Of a stretch of DNA of 64,000 nt, positions 29,869-39,924 are shown in pieces. Below the pieces are notes generated by a model, which had not been told where the DNA came from, ran no database searches, and saw only the letters and a list, made by a program, of their open reading frames with translations. The position numbers and the translations under genes are program-made. Location: contig OZ242010.1 in the NCBI GenBank assembly GCA_965204745.1, positions 5,184,001 through 5,248,000 of the forward strand. The letters are read 5' to 3'. This DNA is from Candidatus Latescibacterota bacterium. Lineage in GTDB: Bacteria; Latescibacterota; UBA2968. Numbering within the stretch: position 1 is the stretch's first letter; the number at the start of each line of letters is the position of its first letter.

Positions 29869-31206
29869 ATGGCAGATGATATCAAAGCCGTTGCGAAAAC
29901 CGCGCGGCGGGTTGCTTTGGCATTGCGTCAGGCCACGGAAAACCAGCGCAATGCCGCGCTCGAAGCCATTGCCCAAGCCTTGACCGCCAATCGCGACAAA
30001 ATTTTAGATGCCAACAAACGCGACATGGTCGCCGCAGAAGATATGCGCGCCCAGGGGAAAATCACCCTGCCCTTGATCAAGCGGCTGAAAGTGGATGCTG
30101 AAAAACTGCACAGCGAAATCATCGTCGGCGTCCGCAGCGTCGCAGTTCGAGAAGACCCCATCGGCAAAACGCAGGCCGCCACCGAATTGGACGCGGGCTT
30201 AACCCTGTATCGCGTGACCGTGCCCATTGGCGTGATCGGCGTGGTCTTCGAGTCGCGCCCAGACGCGCTCGTGCAAATTGCGACCCTGTGCTTAAAATCG
30301 GGCAACGCCGTCCTGCTCAAAGGCGGCAGCGAAGCCCTGCACACCAACCGCGCATTGGCCCAGGTTATGGCGGCGGCAACGGCCGGGATGGACGGCATCC
30401 CCGAAGGCTGGATGCACCTCTTGGAAACCCGCGAAGAGGTGACGGGCATTCTCGACTTGCACGACCTCATCGACCTGATCATCCCGCGCGGGGGCAATGA
30501 GTTGGTGCAACATGTGATGAACAATACCAAAATCCCGGTGATGGGACACGCCGACGGCATCTGCCATGTGTACGTGGACAAGGCCGCGGATTTGGCCAAG
30601 GCCGTGCGTATCGTCGTCGATTCAAAAACCCAGTACGCAGCCGGTTGCAATGCCGCCGAAACCCTACTGGTCCACGCCGAGATCGCCGCCCCCTTTTTTG
30701 CCACAGCACTGCGGGAACTCGCGGACCACGGCGTCTTGATCCGCGGCGACGCCCGCACCCGAAAACTGGCGTCCAACGCGGGCGGCCTGACCCCGGCCAC
30801 AGACGCGGATTGGTCAACCGAATACCTCGACTACATCCTCTCGGTCAAGGTCGTGGATTCGGCTCAAGAAGCCATCGCGCACATCAACGACTACGGTAGC
30901 CACCACACCGATTCAATCGTCACCGAAAACCAGCGGGCAGCGAATCAATTCTTGCAAGGCGTGGATTCGGCTTCGGTCATGCACAATGCCTCCACGCGCT
31001 TTGCCGATGGCTTCCGCTATGGCCTGGGGGCCGAAGTGGGCATCAGCACCAACCGCTTGCACAGCCGCGGCCCCGTCGGCCTCGAGGGCTTGGTCATTTA
31101 CAAATACATCGTCACGGGCGATGGGCATATTGCCGGCGACTACATCGGCGAATCCAGCAAGACATTCACCCATCGGAAATTGGATGCGGTATGGGCGGAG
31201 CAGTAG
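29869..31206 (+). CDS. proA: Gamma-glutamyl phosphate reductase
   Basis: FESRPD, LKGGSEA, IPRGG, CNAAET, NASTRFADG, RGPVGL. Confidence 0.97.
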   Translation: MADDIKAVAKTARRVALALRQATENQRNAALEAIAQALTANRDKILDANKRDMVAAEDMRAQGKITLPLIKRLKVDAEKLHSEIIVGVRSVAVREDPIGKTQAATELDAGLTLYRVTVPIGVIGVVFESRPDALVQIATLCLKSGNAVLLKGGSEALHTNRALAQVMAAATAGMDGIPEGWMHLLETREEVTGILDLHDLIDLIIPRGGNELVQHVMNNTKIPVMGHADGICHVYVDKAADLAKAVRIVVDSKTQYAAGCNAAETLLVHAEIAAPFFATALRELADHGVLIRGDARTRKLASNAGGLTPATDADWSTEYLDYILSVKVVDSAQEAIAHINDYGSHHTDSIVTENQRAANQFLQGVDSASVMHNASTRFADGFRYGLGAEVGISTNRLHSRGPVGLEGLVIYKYIVTGDGHIAGDYIGESSKTFTHRKLDAVWAEQ

Positions 31207-31229
31207 TCAGTGGTCAACGGAGGAATACA

Positions 31230-34109
31230 ATGATTAAAAAATGGTTCGGTCTGATCTGTTGCGCGTGTGTTGTCGCGGCGTGTGCGACCACGCAAAAGGT
31301 TGAAACACCTCGGCCACAAGTCGTCCCAAAGCCCGAAACACTGCCCATTGACCCGGCAGTGCGCTCGGGCAAATTGGCAAATGGGCTTCGCTATGTGATT
31401 CGGGAAAACAAACGCCCCGAGAACCGCGCCGAGTTGCGCCTCGTGGTAGATGCAGGCTCCATTTTGGAAGATGCGGACCAACAGGGCCTGGCCCATTTTG
31501 TCGAACACATGGCCTTTAATGGCACGGCCAATTTTCCCAAACAAGACATCGTCAATTTCCTCGAAGGCATCGGCATGCGATTCGGCCCGGATTTGAATGC
31601 GTACACCAGTTTTGACGAAACCGTCTATATGTTGCAAGTGCCCACGGACAGCGCGGCGGTGATGGAAAAGGCATTTCGCATCTTGGGCGATTGGGCGCAT
31701 CGGGTCGAGTTTGACCCCGAAGAGATCGAGAAGGAAAGGGGCGTGGTCATCGAAGAATGGCGTTCCGGGCGCGGTGCAGGCGCGCGCATGCGCGACGAAC
31801 AACTGCCGGTCTTGCTCAAAGATTCGCGGTATGCCGAGCGGTTGCCCATCGGTCAAAAGGCATTGCTCGACACGTTTAAGCACGCATCCCTCACGCGCTA
31901 TTACCGCGACTGGTATCGGCCCGACCTCATGGGCGTGATCGCCGTAGGGGATTTCAGCGCGGACGCCATCGAGGCCCTCATCAAAAAGACATTTGCGCCG
32001 ATCCCAAAAGCCGAAAACCCGCGTGTTCGCACCGCCTATACCGTGCCCGATCACGCGGAAACCCTGTTTGCTATCGCAACGGATCCGGAAAATTCTCGAT
32101 CCTCCGTATCCGTTTATTTTCTGCGAGAAGTCGCGCCCGAAGGCACAGTGGAAAATTATCGCAGCATGTTGATTCGGAGCATGTTCAACAGCATGCTCAA
32201 CCAGCGTTTTGACGAAATGATCAAAAAGCCTAATCCGCCGTTTCTGGGCGCGGGGTCCAGCCACGGAAATCTGGTCAGAACCAAAGCCGCCTACATCTTG
32301 GGCGCGGGCGTCGAAGAGCGCGGGATTGAACGCGGCCTAGAAGCCATCCTAACAGAAGCCCTGCGCGTGCAGCGTCACGGCTTTACCCTATCGGAAGTGG
32401 ATCGCTTAAAAACCAACATGTTGCGGAGCATTGAACAGGCGTACCGCGAGCGCGACAAACGGCGTTCGGGCGGTTTTGCATCCGAATACATCCGCCACTT
32501 CTTGACGGACGAACCCATCCCGGGCATTGAAATCGAACGCGCGTTATTCCAAAAATTGTTGCCGGGCATCCAAGCCGAAGAAATCAACCGCTTGGTCGGG
32601 GAATGGCTTACCGACGAGAATCGCGTCATCGTGGTCAGCGCGCCCGAAAAAGCGGGCTTGCCCATCCCCTCTGAAGCCGAATTGTCGGGCATTCTCAACG
32701 CGGTGCAACAAAAAGAGGTCGAACCATACAGGGAAGAGGTGTCAGACGATCCCCTCATCGCGCATCTCCCCACGCCCGGCCCTGTGGTGCGCGAAACGAC
32801 TATCGACACATTTGGCGTCACGGAATGGACCTTGAGCAATGGGGTCACAGTGGTGATGAAACCCACGGATTTTAAGAACGACGAAGTTCTGTTCACCGCA
32901 TTCAGCCCGGGCGGTCACTCGCTGGCAAGCGACGAAAATTACATCGCGGCCTCCACCGCGACTGCCGCCATCATGGAAGGCGGGTTGGGCGAGTTCAGCC
33001 AGATCGACTTAAAAAAGAAATTGGCAGGCAAAGTGGTGCGCGTGTCTCCCGGCATCAGCGGCCTGAGCGAGCGCGTGTCAGGCAGTGCGTCTCCCGAGGA
33101 TTTGGAGACCATGTTCCAACTCATCTATCTCATGTTCACCGAGCCGCGGGCAGATTCGCTGGCATTTCGCGCGTTTCGAGATCGCTATCGGGCCGTGTTG
33201 CAAAATCGCGGGATGAGGCCCGAGACCGCTTATTCGGACACGATCCAAGTGACGATGTCGCAATACCATTTCAGATCGCGGCCGTTGTCGAATGAAATCC
33301 TATCGGAAATGGACCTGCAAAAATCCCTGGCCTTTTACAAAGATCGATTCGCCGACGCCAGCGACTTTACCTTTGTGTTCGTCGGCAATTTCGCACCCGA
33401 AAAAATCAAGCCCCTAATCGAGACCTATCTCGGCGGTCTGCCCGCGCTCAACCGCACAGAGACCTGGCGCGATACGGGCATCAGACCCCCCAAAGGCGTC
33501 ATTGAAAAGACCATACGCCGAGGGCGCGAACCCAAAAGCAGGACGCGCCTGATCTTCACCGGGCCTTTTGACTGGGATGATCGGTTCGGGCGGTACGCCT
33601 TCGATTCTATGGGCGATGTCCTAAACATCAAGTTGCGCGAGGTCTTGCGAGAAGACGAGGGCGGCACTTACGGCGTGGGCGTCCGCACCTCCGTGTCGCG
33701 CTGGCCCGAGGGCAAATACAGCATTTCGATCAGCTTTGGATGCGATCCCGACCGGTTGGAGGAACTGACCCAACTCGTCTTTGTCCAGATCGACAGCATG
33801 AAACAAAAACCCGTCGATCGATCGTACATCGACAAAGTGACCGAAATGGACTTGCGCCGCCGCGAAACGAACCTCAAAGAAAACCGCTATTGGCGCAACA
33901 CCTTGCAGTGGTACTACCAACACGACAAGGACATGATGGCCCTGCTGAAGTACGAAGACGAGATCGTCAAAAAACTGACCGCAGAGGATGTCCAACAAGC
34001 CACACAGCAGTATTTCAACATGAAAAACTACGGCCGATTTGTGTTGCTGCCGGAAGGCGAAACCAAAAAATCAAAAGCAACCACAGAGGAAAAACGGAGC
34101 GCGGATTAA
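31230..34109 (+). CDS. M16 family zinc peptidase (PqqL-like), lipoprotein
   Basis: Lipobox VAAC; HFVEH; NAYTSFDETVY; ERGVVIEEWR. Confidence 0.92.
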   Translation: MIKKWFGLICCACVVAACATTQKVETPRPQVVPKPETLPIDPAVRSGKLANGLRYVIRENKRPENRAELRLVVDAGSILEDADQQGLAHFVEHMAFNGTANFPKQDIVNFLEGIGMRFGPDLNAYTSFDETVYMLQVPTDSAAVMEKAFRILGDWAHRVEFDPEEIEKERGVVIEEWRSGRGAGARMRDEQLPVLLKDSRYAERLPIGQKALLDTFKHASLTRYYRDWYRPDLMGVIAVGDFSADAIEALIKKTFAPIPKAENPRVRTAYTVPDHAETLFAIATDPENSRSSVSVYFLREVAPEGTVENYRSMLIRSMFNSMLNQRFDEMIKKPNPPFLGAGSSHGNLVRTKAAYILGAGVEERGIERGLEAILTEALRVQRHGFTLSEVDRLKTNMLRSIEQAYRERDKRRSGGFASEYIRHFLTDEPIPGIEIERALFQKLLPGIQAEEINRLVGEWLTDENRVIVVSAPEKAGLPIPSEAELSGILNAVQQKEVEPYREEVSDDPLIAHLPTPGPVVRETTIDTFGVTEWTLSNGVTVVMKPTDFKNDEVLFTAFSPGGHSLASDENYIAASTATAAIMEGGLGEFSQIDLKKKLAGKVVRVSPGISGLSERVSGSASPEDLETMFQLIYLMFTEPRADSLAFRAFRDRYRAVLQNRGMRPETAYSDTIQVTMSQYHFRSRPLSNEILSEMDLQKSLAFYKDRFADASDFTFVFVGNFAPEKIKPLIETYLGGLPALNRTETWRDTGIRPPKGVIEKTIRRGREPKSRTRLIFTGPFDWDDRFGRYAFDSMGDVLNIKLREVLREDEGGTYGVGVRTSVSRWPEGKYSISISFGCDPDRLEELTQLVFVQIDSMKQKPVDRSYIDKVTEMDLRRRETNLKENRYWRNTLQWYYQHDKDMMALLKYEDEIVKKLTAEDVQQATQQYFNMKNYGRFVLLPEGETKKSKATTEEKRSAD

Positions 34110-34170
34110 ACGGATTACACGGATTACACGGAGGAAAGGCGGATCGCGGATGGCGCGGATTACACGGATT
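34101..34170. repeat. Nonamer CGGATTACA repeats
   Basis: About six CGGAT-cored units; related inverse units at 50911-50943. Confidence 0.7.
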
Positions 34171-34202
34171 GTGTTGCCAAAATTAGCTAATCGGGAGGTT
34201 GT

Positions 34203-34913
34203 ATGGGTGCTGAACTGAGCCGCCTGAAAAACGCCACCTATCCCGGGCGGGGGATTGTGATCGGGCAAACGCCTGATGGCGCCGCTCTGGTTCAGATCTA
34301 TTGGATTATGGGGCGCAGCGCGAGCAGTCGCAACCGCGTATTTGTGCGCGAGGGCGATGCTGTAAAAATCGACGCCATAGACAAATCCCAAGCCATCGAT
34401 CCCTTGACCCTGTATTACCCCATCAAGGTCTGGCGCGACGCCCACATCGTCACCAATGGCGATCAGACAGAAACAATCGTCCAAGCCCTGCAAAATGCTG
34501 GGTCCTTTGAATCGGCCTTGCAGACGCGCACCTTTGAACCCGACGCGCCCAATTTCACACCGCGCATTTCCGGCCTCGTCAAATCGGGAGACGCGCACGC
34601 CTACCGGCTGGCAATATTGAAAACCGTCAACGGCGATGCGCGTTATTGCTCGCGTCAGTTCTTCAACTGCGAAACCGCGATTCCGGGAACGGGGCATTGC
34701 ATCACGACGTACATGGACGACGGCAATCCCTTGCCCTCATTTGAAGGCGAACCGTTTGCGGTCGTTTTATTTGACGATATCCACCAAACAGCGGACGTAT
34801 TTTGGAACGCATTAAACAGCGACAACCGCGTCTCCCTGCTCGTAAAATTCATCCATCCCAAAACTTCCGATCTGGTAATCGTGAACAAATATGGGGAAAA
34901 CAATGACGATTAG
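34203..34913 (+). CDS. IMP cyclohydrolase, PurO-like
   Basis: YPGRGI, IMGRSASSRNR, TNGDQT, FEPDAPNFTPRISG. Confidence 0.8.
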   Translation: MGAELSRLKNATYPGRGIVIGQTPDGAALVQIYWIMGRSASSRNRVFVREGDAVKIDAIDKSQAIDPLTLYYPIKVWRDAHIVTNGDQTETIVQALQNAGSFESALQTRTFEPDAPNFTPRISGLVKSGDAHAYRLAILKTVNGDARYCSRQFFNCETAIPGTGHCITTYMDDGNPLPSFEGEPFAVVLFDDIHQTADVFWNALNSDNRVSLLVKFIHPKTSDLVIVNKYGENNDD

Positions 34914-35610
34914 TGCGTTGACATTTGACGTATTTGGCACGGTGGTGGATTGGCGCAGTTCGGTTATCCGCGATGGCGAGCGGTTGGTCGAAGGCAAGGG
35001 GTGGCAGGTGGATTGGGCCGCTTTTGCCGATGCGTGGCGCGCGGGCTATGGCCCGTCCATGAATCGCGTGCGTACCGGCGACTTGCCGTGGACCAAGATC
35101 GACGATCTGCACCGCCTGATCTTGGACGACTTGCTACCCGAATTTGGCATTGAAGGACTGACCGAGCACGAGATCGAAACCTTTAACCGGGTGTGGCATC
35201 GCCTGGATCCATGGCCCGACGCCGTCGGGGGCTTGTTGCGGTTGAAATCCCGATACACCATCGCCACCTTGTCCAATGGCAACGTCTCCCTGCTCGCCAA
35301 CATGGCGAAATACGCGGGCCTGCCGTGGGATTGCATCTTGTCTGCTGAATTGGCGCGGCACTACAAGCCCGACGCCGAGGCGTATTTGAAAGCCATCGAG
35401 TTGCTCAGTTGCGACCCGTCCGAAGTGATGATGGTGGCCGCACACCAAGGCGACTTGCGCCACGCAGCACAGGTGGGCATGAAAACGGCCTTTGTGTTGC
35501 GCCCCTTCGAGCGCGGCCCCGATAGAGAGAAGGACTTGACGCCCGATCCGGATTTCGACATTATGGCGTGCGACTTTCACGACTTGGCGGACAAATTGGG
35601 GTGCTATTGA
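34903..35610 (+). CDS. Haloacid dehalogenase type II
   Basis: FDVFGTVVDW, LSNGN, YKP, VAAH..DL. Confidence 0.92.
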   Translation: MTISALTFDVFGTVVDWRSSVIRDGERLVEGKGWQVDWAAFADAWRAGYGPSMNRVRTGDLPWTKIDDLHRLILDDLLPEFGIEGLTEHEIETFNRVWHRLDPWPDAVGGLLRLKSRYTIATLSNGNVSLLANMAKYAGLPWDCILSAELARHYKPDAEAYLKAIELLSCDPSEVMMVAAHQGDLRHAAQVGMKTAFVLRPFERGPDREKDLTPDPDFDIMACDFHDLADKLGCY

Positions 35611-35624
35611 AAGAGGAGGCTGTC

Positions 35625-36899
35625 ATGATTCAAAGCGGCGTTGCAACCGGAGACATCACGCCCGAACCGGGCCTTGTGCTTCAGGGACATTGGAACACCA
35701 ATCCATCGCATGCGGTGCTCTATCCGCTCGAGGTGCGGGCCATTGTGTTTGCCGAAGGCGACTCGCAAATCGCCATTGCCACCCTGGACGTCATCGGCGT
35801 GACCAAGGACACCACGGATCGGATTCGCGCACAGGTGGCAAAGACATCCGGCATCCCCGAAGCTGGCGTGATGATCGCGTGTAGCCACACGCATTGCGCG
35901 CCCGCCACCTTGCCGTGTTTGGGCATGACGCCCGATCCCAAATTCATGGATCGCCTCGTCAACACCACAGCCGCGTGCATTGCCGAAGCGGCCCGCGCGC
36001 TTCAACCCGTGACCTTTGGCCTGGGCTGTGGGTCCGCGCATTTCAACATCAACCGCCGTCCCCTGCCCGGCTCGTCGGGCATGACATTGAATTACGGCGG
36101 GATTGTGGACCGCCGCGTGCGCGTGTTGCAGGTGTGCAAAGCGGACAGCGCGCCCCTCGCCGCGTTGTTCCACTACTCGTGCCATCCGACCACCTTAAGC
36201 GGTTCGCACGGCCTCATCTCACCCGACTTTCCGGGCATTGCCCGCAACCGAATCGAACGCGCCCTCAACTGCAAAGCCCTGTTTTTGAGCGGATGCTTTG
36301 GCAACATCCGCCCCGCCATTTTGAGCGAGACCGGGGGATTCGCCTCGGCCACCAAAGAACAGTTGGACGCTTGCGGGTACGAGTTGGGCGACGAGGTGTG
36401 TCGCGTGGCCGCAGAGCTGGATCCCAAAAGCGCGACGGGCATTCGCGCTCGGCGCACGGGCATGGCACTTCCCTTTGGCGACCCGATGCCCGAAGATCAG
36501 TTGATGGAGATGGCGGCAGATGAGACCGAGAGAGGGCAGTTGTTGACAGGCCCTTGGGCCGAGCAGGTGCTGGCGATGATGACAGCAGGTAGCGTACCGG
36601 CTGAAAAGCCCACCGAGATGCAGATGATGCAACTAGGCCCGCTGATGCTGATCGCCATCCCGGGCGAGCCCGTGCAGGAAATCGGGCACGCCATAGAAAA
36701 ACGGCTGCGGCACCTGAGCGCGGATCTGTGGCCCGTGGGCTACGCCAATGACGAGGTGGGATATTTGTGTACAGCGCGGCACTACGAAGAGGGCGGGTAC
36801 GAACCCAATGCCTATCCGTACTACGGAGAACCCGCACCCTTTCACGGCGAAGAAACGGTCATTTTGAAAACCGCAGACGCTTTGGCACGAGGCGCGTGA
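35625..36899 (+). CDS. Neutral/alkaline ceramidase-like amidohydrolase
   Basis: DITP, SHTHCAP, INRR, YSCHPT, PGE, GYAN..GY. Confidence 0.8.
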   Translation: MIQSGVATGDITPEPGLVLQGHWNTNPSHAVLYPLEVRAIVFAEGDSQIAIATLDVIGVTKDTTDRIRAQVAKTSGIPEAGVMIACSHTHCAPATLPCLGMTPDPKFMDRLVNTTAACIAEAARALQPVTFGLGCGSAHFNINRRPLPGSSGMTLNYGGIVDRRVRVLQVCKADSAPLAALFHYSCHPTTLSGSHGLISPDFPGIARNRIERALNCKALFLSGCFGNIRPAILSETGGFASATKEQLDACGYELGDEVCRVAAELDPKSATGIRARRTGMALPFGDPMPEDQLMEMAADETERGQLLTGPWAEQVLAMMTAGSVPAEKPTEMQMMQLGPLMLIAIPGEPVQEIGHAIEKRLRHLSADLWPVGYANDEVGYLCTARHYEEGGYEPNAYPYYGEPAPFHGEETVILKTADALARGA

Positions 36900-36972
36900 T
36901 GAATCGCTTATGGGTGGGGTTCTTCACAATGGTAACGGCTCCCGCGATCTCCACACCCTCAAGGTGACACCC

Positions 36973-37950
36973 ATGCCAAACAACAAACAAATCGTCCGTC
37001 AATTGGATATCCTCCGGGAATTTAGCACTCGGAAATACGGCGTGACCATTCGAGAACTTGCCGAGGGACAAGGCGTCTCGACGCGCACAATACACAGGGA
37101 CCTCAACGACCTGCAAGAGGCGGGCTTCTTTCTCGATGCAGAGGTGCGAGAGGGTCAAAAATACTGGAAGTTCGATCAAAATACGGACTTGCTGTCCCTG
37201 AAGTTTCCCATCGACGAAATCATCGCCTTGAAGTTTATCGAGGGCATCGTCAGTTCGCTTGCGGGAACGCCATTCAACGAGGCATTCAACAAAACCCTGA
37301 ACAGAATCCGAACGACGCTTCCCGAGGACATGCGCACGTTTTTAGCACGGGCAGGCACCGCTTATTATCCACACCAGCGCGGGCAAAAGGCGCAAATCCC
37401 GCCCGAAATATTCGCAACGGCCCATCGCGCCATCAAAGAACGCAAAATTTGCAACGTCACCTATCGCGCGATCACCACCGGGCAAACCAAAACCTACCCC
37501 ATCACGCCCTTCAGATTGTTGTATTATCACAATGGATTTTACCTTTTGTGCCGCAATCCGAATTACGGCGATTTGCTCACCCTGGCCGCAGAGCGCATTC
37601 AGGCGCTCGAAATCACAGCGCAACCCTTTGGGTATCCGCACGATCTCGACATAGAAGGCCGCGTTCAACAGGCATTCGGCATCGTCCTTGAGGACCCCAT
37701 ACCGATCAAAGTTCGATTTTCCGCATCGCAAGCCCCTTATGTCAAACAACGGATTTGGCATCCCTCGCAAGAGATCGAGGAATTGGACACCGGCGAGATC
37801 ATCCTGTCGTTTCGAGCTGGCGGCCTTCATGAAATCAAATCGTGGATCTTAAGCCACGGTGCCGAGGCAGAAGTCCTCGAGCCGCCCGGCCTGCGCGAGG
37901 AAATCACCGCGGAACTCAAAAAAAATCTGCATTTTTATCAAAAAACCTGA
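36973..37950 (+). CDS. WYL-domain transcriptional regulator (HTH-WYL-WCX)
   Basis: STRTIHRDL HTH; GFYL; RIWHPSQ; SWILSHG.EAEVLEP..LRE. Confidence 0.92.
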   Translation: MPNNKQIVRQLDILREFSTRKYGVTIRELAEGQGVSTRTIHRDLNDLQEAGFFLDAEVREGQKYWKFDQNTDLLSLKFPIDEIIALKFIEGIVSSLAGTPFNEAFNKTLNRIRTTLPEDMRTFLARAGTAYYPHQRGQKAQIPPEIFATAHRAIKERKICNVTYRAITTGQTKTYPITPFRLLYYHNGFYLLCRNPNYGDLLTLAAERIQALEITAQPFGYPHDLDIEGRVQQAFGIVLEDPIPIKVRFSASQAPYVKQRIWHPSQEIEELDTGEIILSFRAGGLHEIKSWILSHGAEAEVLEPPGLREEITAELKKNLHFYQKT

Positions 37951-37955
37951 TTACC

Positions 37956-37989
37956 TACGACACACCTCGTCATATCCCTTCTTTATCTT
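37956..37989 (+). promoter_or_regulatory. Putative WYL operator (TACGAC-N7-GTCATA) and -10-like TATCTT
   Basis: Imperfect inverted repeat directly after the WYL stop codon. Confidence 0.4.
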
Positions 37990-38050
37990 TAAGGCGCGTT
38001 CCAAAGAATGCGTCTTTTTTTGTGATCTATCCCCCCGGGCCCCTTTCCTA

Positions 38051-39355
38051 ATCCAAAACCGACAAAAGGGGATCAACATCCTCCTCTACGGCCCTCCGGG
38101 CACGGGCAAAACCGAGTTTGCGCGCACCCTTTGCGGCGCGGTCGGAACGCGGCTCTACGCTATCGGGGACAACGAGGTCGGCGCCGAGGCGCGCCTGAGC
38201 ATCAACCGCTCACAGACCTTGGACTACGCACTCGAAGCCCTCGCAGACGAGCAGAACGCCGCGATCCTCTTCGACGAGATGGAGGATTTTCACCGCGTTG
38301 AAAAACTCTGGCTCAATCGCATTGTCGAGGAAAATCCCGTGCCGATTATCTGGGCGTGCAACGCCATTGGCTACTACCGCGTGATGCAGCCGTTCTTCAT
38401 CGACCGCATGTTGCACGCCATAGAGTTTCGCCACATGTCTGCCCAAGCGCGGCAACGCGTGTACACGGACATCCTGCACGAGACGCACCTGCCCGCCCCT
38501 GAAACGCGCCAACTCGCCGAGGAATTGGCCCGCAACGCCAAGGTCACGCCGCGGCAAGTCGCGATGGCGGTCGACCAAGCCGCGATGGTCAACGGGGATC
38601 CCGAAACCATCCGGCGCAGCGTTGCCCAAAAGGAGAAATTGCGCTATGGCATCCGCCCGCCCGACGCGCGGCCCATCGCGCAATACGATCCGTCATTGGT
38701 CCACGCCGATATCGACATGGCGGAATTGGCGGCCCGGATGGTCGCGTTGGGCCCGCGCCGGTTCGCGCTCTGCTTGAGCGGGCCGCCGGGCACGGGCAAG
38801 ACCGCGTTTGCGCGCCACATCGCCGAGCAGATGGGGATCGACATCCTGCCCAAGCGGGCGTCTGATCTTTTGGGCAAATACGTGGGCGAAACCGAGAAGC
38901 AGATCGCGTCGGCATTTGCCGAGGCGATTGAGACGCGGTCGTTTCTGGTGTTCGACGAGGTGGATTCGCTCCTCATGGATCGGCAATCTGCCCAGCGGTC
39001 GTGGGAAGTGAGCATGGTCAACGAGTTGCTCAGCCAGATGGAGCGACACCCCCTCCCCTTTGCCTGCACCACGAATCAGCGCGACGCCCTTGACCCTGCC
39101 GCTGCGCGCCGCTTCTTGTTCCGCGCCGAGTTCCGCTATCTCGATCCGCCGCGCATTCGCCGCGCGTTCGACTTGTTCTTCAATGCCAAGGCCCCTGCCC
39201 CTGTGCTCGCGCTGACCAAACTCACCCCCGCGGATTTCGCCAACATACGCGAACGCGCAGAGGTGCTCGGCTTCTTGGACGCCCCAAACCGCATCGCATC
39301 CGCCCTCGCCGACGAATGCCACGCAAAACCCGGCAACACCCCAACGGGCTTCTGA
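38051..39355 (+). pseudogene. Tandem double AAA+ ATPase, apparently 5'-truncated
   Basis: Two GPPGTGKT Walker A motifs with FDE Walker B; no credible start or RBS; begins directly after a half REP at 38025-38050. Confidence 0.65.
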
Positions 39356-39450
39356 CAACGGAGCGAGATACAACGGGCCGCTTTCCAAGCCCGTTCATCG
39401 CCGAATCGGAGCACAACCGCGTAGCAGTTCATTGAGGCGAGTACGTGATT

Positions 39451-39654
39451 ATGCGGTTGAGTGGCCCTCTCGCCTCTCGCCTCTCCCGTCTCCCCTGCGG
39501 AGCGGTTGTGCGGTTGTGCGGCTGGTGGCCGTCTCCCCTCTTGCCTCTCCCGTCTCCCCTGCGGAGCGGTTGTGCGGCGGGGCGGACTGACCACTGACCA
39601 CTGACCACTGACCACTGGTTTTAGGCGGTTGAGTGGCAGGGTGGCCGTCTCCCC
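39451..39654. repeat. Mosaic of GTGGCC-(CCTCTCS)n, GCGGTTGT and CTGACCA repeats, including an empty IS110 target
   Basis: Tandem heptamers; CCCCTCTTGCCT at 39535-39546. Confidence 0.8.
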
Positions 39655-39679
39655 TCTTGTATCTTGGAAGTAAGGGTTA

Positions 39680-39900
39680 ATTAGGAGTTGCGCCCTCGTA
39701 TCGAGATAAGCCATCTTGATGCCCGGCTCGGGGAAGGCCGGCCCCTCTTGAAGGCGATGACCTTGTAGGTAAGATAGGCCCCCCGACCGCCGGGTCTATG
39801 CCGAAGAGTATCTAAGCCCCTTGAGGCTGCATATACAAGACCGGTAGACTTGGCGTCAATGGTCGGGACGCGACCCCGAGCGCGCACCAGATCCCTTACA
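39680..39900 (+). ncRNA. Predicted IS110 bridge RNA (ends approximate; also present in copies 1 and 3)
   Basis: CCCCTCTT (39742-49) and AGGTAAGA (39767-74) match the target; AGAGTATCT (39805-13) and ATACAAGA (39833-40) match the donor circle junction. Confidence 0.8.
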
Positions 39901-39924
39901 ACCCCCTCATCACAGGAGGCCCCC

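Noticed and set aside
37859-38050. 498-aa ORF start, or a WYL-AAA fusion by slippage at the A8 run
   Set aside because: The linker translates operator, promoter and REP sequence; more likely a chance open frame ahead of a truncated gene
39850-39924. 360-aa IS110 transposase with TTG start
   Set aside because: AGGAGG precedes the ATG at 39925 and the extension overlaps the predicted bridge RNA region
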